The notes under the pieces were generated by a model, which searched no databases, was not told the origin of the DNA, and saw only the letters and a list, made by a program, of their open reading frames with translations. 64,000 nt of DNA from Pecten maximus (taxonomy: Eukaryota), in NCBI RefSeq assembly GCF_902652985.1, contig NC_047021.1, positions 38,874,001 through 38,938,000 on the forward strand. Reading direction: 5' to 3'. The translations under genes and the position numbers were made by a program. This document shows positions 27,009 to 39,743 of the stretch, piece by piece. Positions within the stretch are counted from its first letter, which is position 1; each line of letters opens with the position of its first letter.

Positions 27009-28245
27009 CCCTTTGCCACATGTAAGCGCCTCTGGACGCCTTTACCCCTTGCCACATGTAAGCGCTTCTCGACGCCTTTGCATTATCTCCATGTAAGTGC
27101 TTCTCGACGCCTCTACGTTATCTCAATGTAAGCGCCTCTCGACGCCATGCCGGTTCGGTAAACTTAGACATGGAAAATCCCTTGATTGAGAGCGACACCT
27201 ATCTGGAAATCCCTGATACTATTTTAAGAAGATATCAATGCATCGACCAATCAGATTTGTACACGTCATTCATACGAAAGTTTTTGAATAAATTAACCTA
27301 GAAAGTGTGAGTCATGAGTGTAGAAAAGTGTGACAACAACGAGGCGTGATGGCGGCTGTGGCTACGATTTTGCGCGACGTTTTTGACGACGATGATGATA
27401 ATTTAGAGTTCGATGGCTTTGGACCTGAATACATTGAGTCAGATATTGATCTTAACGATGTTCTAAATGAACTGTCAACAGATAACGAGTCCGAAAATGA
27501 GGACGAACGGCAACTTGTTGTACTGCCGCCATTACGCAATGTTGACCGAGATTTTTCGCCGATCACAGTAAATGATTTTGTTAGGGAAACGGGGCCAGTA
27601 CTTCCAGAAACTTTTGATGTTGATACTGCAAGTCCCATTGATTATTTCTACCTTTTCTTCAATGAGAATCAGTTTTCCACCATAGCTCGACACACTAATA
27701 ACTACGCTCGCTGGCAATTGAAAAACGAAAGTAGATTTGACCCAAAATGGTCGGATACACATTCCTTCGTCGCGACATCGGATTTAAAATATTCTAGGCT
27801 TAAGCCTGAACTGTTGAAATACTCTTGTGAAAACTTTGAAAATTCAGTTTGCTTCATTTGGGAGTTAATGTTGAATCATTTCATGTACAGGAATTCAATG
27901 AATTATAAATTACATTGTCAAAATATTTTGAAATTTGTCTGTTCTGTTTGTATACAGCTGATTTCGTGGTTATGTGTTGTTGGTTTTATAAAGAAAATAG
28001 CACAGAATTAAAATTTAAGAAATTCTGAACATAATTCTAACTTACTAAAAATGTCTAAAACAACTATTTCACTTTCAAAATTAGGTTTAGAAAAATTAAT
28101 CAAAACAAAGCTTGATTTCTCAAAAACTGCCATTGAGATGGTGTATGTATATTTCAGTCAGCGCGATAATGTTGCATTGCAACAATGTATCTTTGCACTA
28201 TTGGCACAGAGTGCTGAAGTGTTATAACCTGCATGTGGCAAAGGG
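27009..28245 (+). mobile_element. Internally deleted (non-autonomous) piggyBac transposon, 1237 bp
   Basis: TTAA target duplication at 27005-27008 and 28246-28249; 14-bp perfect TIR CCCTTTGCCACATG; four left subterminal repeats (ATGTAAGCGCYTCTCGACGCC-like); transposase fragment inside. Confidence 0.93.
27349..27760 (+). pseudogene. Truncated piggyBac (PGBD-like) transposase N-terminus
   Basis: Acidic N-terminus, then SPIDYFYLFFNENQFSTIARHTNNYA...KWSDT, typical of the start of the piggyBac DDD domain; similarity stops near 27760, before the catalytic residues. Confidence 0.85.
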
Positions 28246-31200
28246 TTAAAACCTTTCATCCCTCAGTTACTTTTGTAGGTTCTTCCATCCTTTGAGCTGG
28301 ACTAATCCATATTGAAACTTTAGGGGTATTAAAAAGAGAAACAATATAACCTTCTGCCGTTATATTTTTCAATTCTAACCCTCGCAAATATGTCGAAAGA
28401 ATTGTGAAAATAAGTACACGTGGAAATGGACCGTTTCCAAATGTCCTTTGAGAGAAGCATCTGCCATAAAGTCAGTACGATGATCAATAAATAATGGTAC
28501 CTCCATACCAAGTACATCTCTGTTATATAAAAACCACAGGCCTAACACATTACTTTAACAAGCTTATAGGGCACCTCGTATAGTTCCTTGATGAAATCAT
28601 GTTCGGTTTGTGAAAGAAAAACGCAAGTACTCACTCCAACCATTATGTATGTTACAGTCATCGACAAAAAAGCCAATAAACGCATTTACCAAATCTGATT
28701 AGAGAAACCAGTCCGCCAATGTGACTGCAGAGGCCGAGTATCAGTTTGGTATGACAAAAACTACGCACATATGGGTACTCCTCCGGGGACATAGCAAACC
28801 TATATCTTCATATTTTGACCATTGCACGGTTTTTACACTTCCTTTTTTTCTGACAGTAGAAAAAAATCAATGAAACCGCTTGTTTAAAATCCTGTTAGTT
28901 TTATAAGCAATTTTGTCAGGTTCTATAAAATGTTTTTTGGGGTTAATATATCTGTTGAACTGTTATCTTATTATAGAGCTTTTTGCACTGAGAGCATTCT
29001 GCTCAATTATGATCGCACTAACTGAAGCTCATGTATACTGTTTCTATAACAAGAATTTTGGGTGTTGAAATTCCTCATTGTCCTTATTTGTTTCAATTCA
29101 GTTGTGTTCCAAGAACCAAGATGGTCAAGTTTGAAATTTTGAAATTTAGAATTCAGCATCAGTACCTGAGCAATTCTTTAATACTTTATGTAGCTTGTTC
29201 AAAAGCTACACATTCTTAGGTATAATTTTCATTGCAAATTTTCCCATCTACGTTCAAGCAAACAGACAATGATTAAAGCTCTAAGTAAAAAAATTCAAGT
29301 ACAATTCATAAGCACGTTAATTTTTTTTGGCATACCTTCATATCAAAAGGCCTTGTGTTTATAAATATATCCACAATGGCATGTTGCAACACAAGTTACT
29401 CCGAGGCCACTTACATCATTAATATCTATTAATAAGTCACTTGGGACTCCGGTGACACGTAATACGGTTGACAAATATTATACCAATACCTATTACTGTA
29501 ATTTGTTACATCAGGTTTCAGATAGAAATAGATATCTACACCATTCCAGAAATCCAAACATTTTCATCTGAATCATAAACTTATAAGTCATCAAATTTGC
29601 ATATTCATAAGTCATTGAATTTACATATTTATGTTATAAATGCATATTTATAAGTCATATGATTTACATATATGTATATACACACATATTGCTCTCACAT
29701 ATAGTGTTTTAGATCTATCGGCTTGTATGCTATTACTACTGATCTCAGGAGAACTATTTTTAAAATCAATTTTTCAATTTATTTTTCATTTTTTTATTTT
29801 CTCAGCACATATAATGCAGAAAGGAATCAAAGATTGAGAAGCTTTGGGATAATTTTAAAATTTAAAAATCTAAATTTTAATATATTCAACACATAATAGA
29901 TTTTACTGTTGAATACTAACATCACAGAGAAAATGTCAGTAATACTATTTCTACATATCATAAAAATGTAATTTGCTTAATACTAGATAAAAGCAATTAA
30001 ATTAAGATGACATTAATTTGAAAACATTTTGTTTTAATGGCAATTGTGATAAATACCTATCGCTACCAGATAGTATGATAAACACTGTTTGACAATTGAA
30101 CGGTACAGAATTTCCTCCACGGATAACACGATGCCAGTTCAACATCCGTAAGGTTTGTTAGCGGACACTCTGCAATGGGTCTAGAATTTCCCTCCAATTT
30201 TTGTATTCCTCTCTCTAACTATCCATCACTGTACCGCACTATTGCCGTCAGTGACAGCTTGGGTGATGACGGCTGGGAAGACTCGGAGTCTGTGACATTA
30301 CGAGTCAAATCCCGTAAGTAGGATCAGTTTCAGACCATTATCGGTATCAAGCAATCTTTGTGAAATTTTATGAAGACGTTAAAATTACCAATTCACCAGC
30401 TTCTTAGGGTAGAAAAAGTCATTGATTTTTAAAATCAAGGACAAACACTGGCATTTTTCTGACACAGTGTCATATAAAATGACTACATATCTAAGTCTAA
30501 GACGATCTTAACAGTGGGCCTAATGCATTGGGGTTTTTTTCCAGTTCTCCCGATACTACAATGCATTAAACTTTGAGGTAAGAAGCGACAATTTATGTGA
30601 AGCTTCCTAGCATGAGCGGTTTAAGCAGGCATATTGGTGACTGGGTCATGTTTAAAGTGCACATAGACTTGTATAGGCAGATGGTGACCCATATCTTAAA
30701 AAGCTTCCTCTTTGCACTAAAATTTCAAAAACAGTAAATTTGGATACTGCGATATTTCAAGATTAAATCAAGCAGCATTTACTGAAAATAGCATGTCTTC
30801 TTTTACATCTTTTTCTTACATGAAAGTGAAATAGATGAATACAAATATTTTGTTTGTTTGAAGAACTGAACACTGGAACCTGGGGCTGCCTTGTTAATTG
30901 AACAAATTTGTCTCAAGCCTATATTAAGACTTGTGGGTGTAAGTAAGATCTTAGTGATGAAGTCATACCATCTCTCGTGACATAGCGTGATAGATATAGC
31001 TGTAAACCTATTTGATCTTAAACTGTTAAAGTTGAGGATATCAACTACAAAAATTAAAACCACAAAAATTCTTCACGACCTTAGAACCATGAAGTCACAG
31101 GGAACTCGCACACAAAATCTCAGATGGTGAGTCTATGGCATTTTAGGATAAAAAATTTCATGAATTTCAGTTGCAACAAACTGACAAGAGTTCAAGGTCG

Positions 31201-31566
31201 TGAACCAAAACCTTGGAATCTGAAAGCATTAGAGAGGATGATGATGAATTAACTATATGATTCGGTAACTTTGTGATAAAGTCCTGTTAATCAACAAAAT
31301 CAGATAAAATTTCCTATTGTTTTAAACCAATTTTAAACCAATTTCTCTGCTGATTTTTAGACAGCAGTGACTTAATTCTTCATGCAAATATCAAGCAGAC
31401 AGTCTTCATTTCAGATGGTTCCATCCTCTTCGGTTCCTGATGATAAATTCTCTACAAGAGCACTGATTTCAAATGGTGCTAGACCCCTTAATATACTAAA
31501 TCTACCCACCACTTGAGACCAGCCCCATGAGGAGATGATATATGGTCCAATCTGACTTTGGAAACA

Positions 31567-32255
31567 ATTTCCATGACAACCATTAAACCTTCTTTGGTAA
31601 CAAAATCTCCATGACAACCATTAACCTTTCATTGGTTACAAAACAAAATCTCCATGACAACCATTAACCTTTCATTGGTTACAAAACAAAATCTCCATGA
31701 CAACCCTTAACCTTACTTTGGTTACAAAACAAAATCTCCATGACAACCATTAAACCTTTTTTGGTAACACAATCTCCATGACAACCATTCAACTTTCTTT
31801 GGTTACAAAACAAAATCTCCATGACAACCATTAACCTTTCTTTGGTTACAAAACAAAATCTCCATGACAACCCTTAACCTCTCTTTGGTTACAAAACAAA
31901 ATCTCCGTGACAACCATTAAACCTTCTTTTGTTACAAAACAAAATCTCCATGACAACCCTTAACCTCTCTTTGGTTACAAAACAAAATCTCCGTGACAAC
32001 CATTAAACCTTCTTTTGTTACAAAACAAAATCTCCATGACAACCCTTAACCTCTCTTTGGTTACAAAACAAAATCTCCATGACAACCCTTAACCTCTCTT
32101 TGGTTACAAAACAAAATCTCCATGACAACCCTTAACCTCTCTTTGGTTACAAAACAAAATCTCTGTGACAACCCTTAACCTCTCTTTGGTTACAAAACAA
32201 AATCTCCGTGACAATCACTAATCCTTCTTTGGCAATGAAATCTCCATGGCAACCT
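31567..32255. repeat. 43-bp minisatellite containing X-box ATCTCCATGACAAC
   Basis: 17 units: 11 exact 14-mers, last unit ATCTCCATGGCAAC at 32240. Confidence 0.95.
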
Positions 32256-33738
32256 TTAAATTTTCTGGTTATAGACGAAACTCTTTCAGACAACTATTAT
32301 ACTTTCTTTGGTTATGTAAATCTCAAAAAACAAAACTGGCATTACAAGATAACCATTTCATGACTTCATCATAAGTTCATGATAATCTTTGCTTCCAAAT
32401 ACAATTTTGTGATATGAGCTTTCTACAGATATATAAGTAAACTATCTTTCTTCTCAACATTGTTCTACACAAAAATAAAGCTTTCTTCACATATCTGTCC
32501 CTTATATCAATAAAGTCTTAAAACAATAATAACACATGATTCGTGTTTCATAAAACTAAGATAAGCTAATGTACTGAAGTCATTCAATGAACCTCCAATA
32601 ATTTTCCAACACTTGTCTTTTAAAATTTCATTTGTTTCTGAAGTACATGGACATGCTTGCCACACATTCAATGGACATTAATCCTGTTGGAGTTCATGTA
32701 AACTCTTAACATATGACCAAAACCCAGATCTCTACTGACAGACAGCGAATAACACTTTCCAATATGTTCATGAAATATGCATACATAAGGCAGCTTTCTT
32801 GCATGTTGACAGTGCAAATCAAATCTTTTTATTTTCCTTTTTTTCTTCAACTCAGTTGTTAATTTTGCAAGCTAGGCATGTTTCTCATGAATATGGTTCT
32901 ATAACCCTGCTCGGCAATGATACATTAAACATTCATGATTGTGTGCAAATATTTTTCTACAGATGAAGTTTAGTGCAAGAGGTTTGTGAGCTGGTGGTGC
33001 CTTAAAGTCGAATTTGTAGCAAAAAAAAAACAGATGACACAAAACCCTGTGAACCTGGAAGCCAGTTCGGCCACTGAAGAGGCTACTAGGTCAAGCAAAT
33101 GTCTACATTCTGAAGCAAATTTCCGAAATATATTTCAAGACATTACCTTAAATTATATATAGATATAGGGATTCAAAGGAATTCAAGATTATTATTACTT
33201 TTTAAAAAATTTAATTTCATAATTGTTAGCTATTAATCCATAGACTACTTCTTCCCAATTAACATAGGTTATGAAGTTACTCAAAAAAATAATAAACTGT
33301 TGAAGTGAAAAAATAGCAAATTGACCTATTTTTGAAGGTATAGAGAGATGTTCACAACAATAGCAAAACAACTTTTCTCAGAATGAAATAAAAATTCAGT
33401 GAATTTGATTGAAATTTCCCCAGGAAGATAATTGTTTAACGAGACAAAAGCAGTGACAGAAATTAAAAGCTGCAGGATACAGGATCAAACTAGTTCTCAA
33501 CTGGAAACAAACGACCACACTCGGTCACTAATCATAGATGTTATATGATCTGTAAAGTAAAACAGTTTGAGACGGACAGAAAAAATATAAATCCTACCTA
33601 AGTTGGTAATGACAAATCAGATTGTTAAAAACATAATTGATATTAGATGACTATACAAAACGCACACAAGATATTAGCACCTTTCAGAACAAATTGAGAA
33701 ATTGACAAAGTAGAACCAAATATGTATATTAATTGCTG

Positions 33739-33780
33739 CATCGGACAGCTGTTTCGTCTCTCCAGGGCTCGTCAGTCATT
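33739..33780 (-). ncRNA. Degenerate minimal type I hammerhead ribozyme motif (Penelope-like element type)
   Basis: Minus strand CTGACGA-GCCCTGGAGAGAC-GAAA-CAGCTG-TC: core boxes, G10.1-C11.1 pair and palindromic stem III intact; stems I and II mismatched. Confidence 0.6.
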
Positions 33781-34145
33781 ATAGTGAAGGCTTAAAGTGT
33801 TGATACCAAGGTCAGTAAGAGGTGACAGAGAAAATTTCAAAACAGGTCGAAATCTCTAGGGGTGCTATAGCCAAATGATACTTAAATAAATTCCATAATT
33901 TTACGGAGTTTGAAAAGTACATTCGAAACCATGTCACTATTCAAATGAATTAAAATTTGGCATACAGGTTATGGCAAACATCAGGGACTAATGTCCACCA
34001 GCAGTGTCTACCACCTGCAATCTCAATGGATTTTACAAAAGACACCCAAGATATTAGAACAACTCCATATAATTTTAGAGTTAGATGATATTTACAAATG
34101 CATTTGACTAGAAAAAATTTGTTGAGAATCTGGAGTCGCATTTAC

Positions 34146-34310
34146 CTGTAACTGTAGTCGATCGGCTTCCTCTCTCCTCTGCTGGGCGTACAGATCTTGT
34201 TTCTGTATAAGCTGTTTTTGGAGTGATAACTTCTCAAGGAGTTGTTCGTATTGGTCGTGTCGTACCTCACTCTTGGCCAAATCCCATTTTTCTGACAGAT
34301 GTTCATGGCG
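34146..34310 (-). CDS. Internal exon, coiled-coil-like (RHEHLSEKWDLAKSEVRHDQYEQLLEKLSLQKQLIQKQDLYAQQRREEADRLQLQ), phase 0-0
   Basis: ttttatttcattgcag|CGCCAT...TTACAG|gtaaat; 165 nt; E/Q/K/L-rich helical composition. Confidence 0.9.
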
Positions 34311-34848
34311 CTGCAATGAAATAAAAGAATCATAAAAAATCAATTAAAATTCATTTGTTCGAATTTCAATTTCAGTATTTTTCAGGTCCATTAAATTTTC
34401 AGTTTTCATTAATATAATAATAATAACAACAGACACTACTGAAAATATTCTTTTCCAAACCTTGAAAGTTAGAACTTTTCTGTAAAAGAATTAGATACTT
34501 GAAGGAGCTTTGCTGAGCAAAAAAATGTTGTACTTCGAATAATAACTAATCAATTTATACAAAGTGAATTTTGTGAATTCTCCGTGCATGAATATATCAA
34601 ACATATGTTTTGCTTCAATGCTATACTAAATGACATACTGTCTTTCAGGGTAAAAAGAAAATTGGTTTTCAAAAATGTTTTTTTCTTTTGAGTACTAGAG
34701 TTTTGAAAATGTACTGGTTGAAAGATTGCTCCCAAAATAATCCTTAATTACAGTACATGTACATGTTTCAGTAGGTCATAAGCCTTCATATCATAACAAT
34801 TACATAATCTAAATTAGGCGCAATAGATTTGTAAAATTTCAAATTTAC

Positions 34849-34894
34849 CTTTTCTGCTTCATGATAAGCTTTGTTTAACATCAATTGAAACACC
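34849..34894 (-). CDS. Internal exon (VFQLMLNKAYHEAEK), phase 2-0; most 5' exon found
   Basis: ctccttaccag|GGTGTT...GAAAAG|gtaaat; 46 nt; reads in frame into RHEHLSEK. Confidence 0.75.
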
Positions 34895-37055
34895 CTGGTA
34901 AGGAGCTCGAGGATTTTACCAAAAGGAATGTATCATACAATCTTTCTACATGAAGTGCTTTTAACTATGAAGCATTAATATAGCCTGTCTCAGTTCCAGA
35001 AATACATATGAATTATAAGCTATACAATTAGAAATGAGGCTTCAATGCAAACAGCTAGGCTGAACAGGCGGCAGCCATTTTGTTTTCACTGAAACAGTAT
35101 TACTTCAAAAGTCCAATTCCTGGACTTAGATCTGTCGACTCCCAATAAATCTACGGCACTCATATGTCAAGACGAAGTACCAAAGAAGTGAATTTTGATG
35201 GTAGCATTAATAGCCAAGCCATGTTTCAGCGTAAACCAAGCATACAGTTATTGACCCTGCGCTAAAAAAAATTGGTGTTTTTATCGATCCAACAAAATCA
35301 ATTACTCAAGTAATATGAACTCAGGATAATTTATGTACAGAGTGGAATCTTACAGATCAGTCATGGCCGAAACAGTTACATCTATAATGATCAATACATT
35401 TCTATAGTAAACCTATCCGGAATGGTCTCTGCATAGGACAGCGAGCGAATCGCAGGTCTGCCGATCACAGGGAAGGCGGATTTCATTTTGACATGCAGAT
35501 TGACTCGTCGCAATATGCAACCCACAGTACGCACATAAGCAGCTTACACCAGTACGGAACACCAGCTAGTCTTCCATATATACAATGTCTGTATACTACT
35601 GATTAAAGATTTGGTGCTATACTGCGGGAGATCTTGGTATTCTGATCTGGTCGGCACAAAAACCGTACACCAGCAACGTCGACATCCTGTCAGTAATAAA
35701 CGATGCCATTGGGAAATCATTTGTGTATATCAGAACAAACACTTCCTACATATGCTTGTTTACAAAGAGAAATGTCTTAATTTAAAACAGAACTGGTACA
35801 CAGTTCATGCTATAGTGTAATTACCAGCAATGTGGTTTGGAACGGAGAGCGGAGGTTGCGAACATACAACACGATATCTATCTACATATCTATCTATATA
35901 CAGGCGAGAAAAACACGCTAACATGAAATCCAACAAAGAAACAGGACTCCTATTTGTCTTGGCCAAATTATTAGGCTATTAAATAAAACGAAATAAAATA
36001 TTTCACAAAGCGAGGAACAATAGTTCTCAAGTCTGGTAAAGGATCAACCAAATTTCTTTTTTTTGTATTTAAATTCATAAAATGACACGATTCAGAAACA
36101 AACTGGTTGGACTCTATCATGCAACCTTGTGTTAGGGCATTTAACATCAAAGGACAATATCATTGATTTCACAGCATTCTAAAAGCAGACTTGTTGGCAC
36201 CAGTTCGACATGAAACAGGCCGTATATGTTGCTACGACTTTCCTTTGATCTCAAAAACCAATTCCACCACTCAAAACTAAAGCAAGCATAAAATTGAATC
36301 TGATGCAACAGTATTTAACTGGTTGGTATGGCAATCACACTTTTGTCCTTATCGACACTAGAGTTTCTTCTTCATGGTAAAACTGGATCCTAATCCCAGA
36401 ATTCCAAGCACTGGTTTCTAATCTTTGAAAGCAATGGCTTTTGTTGCCATGAAGAAAGACCTAGAATCTCTCAAAGACCGTCCAAATTAAGTTTCGATCA
36501 TGACGTCTGCTTCATTACCATCTACATCTTTGTTCAACAAGTCTGCTTCCCTGATATGAAGATATTCACTGAAGAAATAGCTAGTATTTATGAACTTATT
36601 TCAAGTCATTGTTAAATTGCTTAGCTTATCTTAAAGTATTGGTTCCCGGTATAACTCTGAATGAAAGCAATTAAGATATTCTGGGCAGTTTCATTGGTTT
36701 TTATATGAAATTCATAAAATAATTAATGATAATATTGCTCAAAGCAGCAATTGTATGAATTTTACTAGTAGTTGTACATGCAGTGCATTAAATTAACCAA
36801 TATATTACTTCAATAGTATCCATCTCAAGCTTCCAAGTGAACATGATCAACAAATCTCATCACAAACATTTAACTGCATGATCATGATCAATCCACTTGG
36901 TTGATTCAGTTGGTTGAGTAAGCATCCTGTTGTTTCACGTTTTGAACAAATTTGACATAAAAATGCACCTGATCCAAGATTATAAGTAATCTAATCTTTC
37001 AACACATTCTTCTCTATCTTTTCCAGGATGATCTTAAATTACTCCTGCAAAAATG

Positions 37056-37257
37056 GTTAATTGGTTTATTTTGTTTTAATGTCCAATTAACAGCCAGGGT
37101 CATTTAAGGACGTGCCAGGTTTTGGAGGAGGAAAGCCGGAGTACCCGGAGAAAAACAACTGGCCTACAATCAGTACCAGGCAACTGCCCTATGTAGGTTT
37201 TGAACTTGCAACTGATAAAGTGTCAGGACACCTTAACCACTCAGCCACCGCGGCCCC
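37056..37257 (-). mobile_element. tRNA-derived SINE with V-domain-like core, both ends present
   Basis: Minus-strand head GGGGCCGCGGTGGCTGAGTGGTTAAGG (A box), B-box-like GTTCAAAACC, core TTCTCCGGGTACTCCGGCTTTCCTCC; 15-bp TSD ACTCCTGCAAAAATG at 37041-37055 and 37258-37272. Confidence 0.9.
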
Positions 37258-39729
37258 ACTCCTGCAAAAATGCATAGATTACAAACATTACATTATACCT
37301 GAAGGTAGGTACCATTTTTCTCCATATGGTTTCCAATTGGCCAATGAGCAATGTCAGTCAATCGAAAAGCAAGCTGAAGTCAAATATAGCATCTAGCAGT
37401 TATAGAAATATAAAATCTTCTCAATTATTGATATGTAGCTCTCAATTAAATGTACATATTCGTCAGCAGAATGGACCACTGGGCAATAGTAAGACTCAGG
37501 GGATTGTAGTTCGAGAGGCAGCAGATGTACCCAGGCTCACGGGATATCAACCTTCCCTGAAGTCAGGTCCCCATGAATTATCAGTAAGATACTATAGCCT
37601 TAAGACAGAAACCTTAACCTTGAAGTCAACTGAGATGTCAAATTACCATTGAGAAAGATACTCTATGGACAGCAAACTACCTTGAAATCAGATCCCAAAA
37701 CCCATCAAATGACTTTAAGTAGAAAACCCTGGGTCACCCTTTGCCCCGACATATTATCCTCTTTTCTTGTCTCTGAAATATTGATCTGTAGCAACATTGC
37801 ACCTTTGATGTAGAAGCTTGCAAAGGAATCTAGAAATTTAGAAACCTTGTTTCTTGACCCAGGGACTTTCCAATGGCTTAAAACATTCAGAAATTTCATT
37901 ATTTTCATTTCTTTTCTTCAGACATTTTGGAATCTGGTTCCGTTCACAAAGCAACTAGCAAAAGGCTTGATACATTTCAAAACCTCATTTACTGTTGATA
38001 AAGGGACATTTGTTTAAGAAAAAATAAAATTTTGACACAGGTTTTAAACATTTAGAATGATGTTTTTATCAGTTTTTCTCTTCAGACACTTAAAAATGTT
38101 GTTCTTTTGACACAGGGACTTGCAAATCTTAGAACATTTAGAAACTTTTTAGAAATATTTTCAAGGTATTTTTTATCAAGCTATATCAATCCAAAAGATT
38201 CATTAAAATGATTCTTAAATTCTGAATAGCAAAAGGAATTTAACTGAAAAGACGTCCCGAGTAGCAAAACAGCAACATGAGTAAGTATTTCAAACATGGC
38301 TCAATAAAACATGGCTGTATGTTGGTTCAGAAGATCCGATCACTTCTGAAGTCATTTATCAGTGATTGTTGAGGAGTGGAAAGCTAGAGATGGCTTGCTG
38401 TGGAACTGGGGCTAGAAATCTTGTTCTTACAATTTCTTTGCAGTTCCATTAAAACCTTAAAAAAAATGCAGCAAATTGTCAGACAAACCTGGCATACAAA
38501 TCTATTTCACGATAATTGAATCATTGAAAGAGTAATATTACCACTAAACATAGTGAAGTGACGTCATGAATCTTGGTCGCTTTCAAGCTTGCCTAATGTA
38601 AAAACAAAGTGTGATTACTCCAAGCATTGTGGAGATATCGAGCTGTGATTCTTATTTCTCTTGACATATACTTGAGAATAGGACTACAGACCACAAAATC
38701 AATGGAAAGCACATTATCACAGTGCTAATTATAATGGATGTCCTTTTCCTTTCTTCACAAATAACGGAATTGGTAATTTTTTCGTTTAAATTTTTTACCG
38801 ATAACCTTATGACATGAAAATAATTGATATGCAATATAAAAGATAATATATTCTATATAAAGATCTTTTTCGCATGAAAGTTTTATGAAAATTCCAAAGC
38901 GGCATGAAGACTTAAAAACATAATTTAAATGCAGCTATCTGAAAAAATGCCAAAGCCAGCAAGAGCGTAGGAGAGAAAAAGACAACTGGCCTATTTTATA
39001 TATTGTATGCAAAACTGCAATAAAATATCTTTTAACTCTGTACAGTGACTTTAGATGTCACTCAAAATGGTAAGCCATTTGCGCATAAAATGGGCCTGAC
39101 ATTTATTGCATATAGGTTGTCAGGTTTTTGCGATATGTTCAAAGTAGTTTTTAAGCCCAGTACTACTGTACATTAGTTCTCCCCTCCCACATTCAGGACC
39201 TGTAGTATAGACATCTTGCATGTTCAGACCAAATTTAGAAAGTATTCTTGATTTTACTACAGCACTGCAGCAGTCACAACGCCACATTATGGTTTGGCTT
39301 GGCCTAATTTGAAGCATCATGGGATATCATACCCTCCAATCCAAAGGCAGAATAACAGTTGTTAGTTATATATAACCCATACTTTGCATGCGCATGGTCA
39401 TAAAGTATTTATGTTTAGTTATTCGGGGCAGTAAAGTAGCAATGGAACGATATCTTCCGTACAGGAAAAACCATCAGGTTTTCCACAGGCTTCTCAATAA
39501 AACATGAGAGAAAATTGCATCTATATGGCAAAAAAGATACAATTGTGTATGTTTAACAACTATTTTATACATAAATATTTTACATATATTTGTATGTGAC
39601 TCATACCTGTTTTTATCTTCTTGAGGGATTATATATACAGGATACAGAGGCATTTTAATATTACCATACAGACTATCTATTGTGGATTATAGAAGTCCCT
39701 GAACTCTACATCATGGTGTATATATATAA

Positions 39730-39743
39730 GATACCATGGCAAC
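39730..39743. promoter_or_regulatory. Candidate RFX X-box GATACCATGGCAAC
   Basis: 13/14 match to the X-box consensus; motif match only. Confidence 0.35.

Noticed and set aside
27761-28011. C-terminal part of the 221-aa ORF as transposase
   Set aside because: Read-through into the element's non-coding right end after the internal deletion
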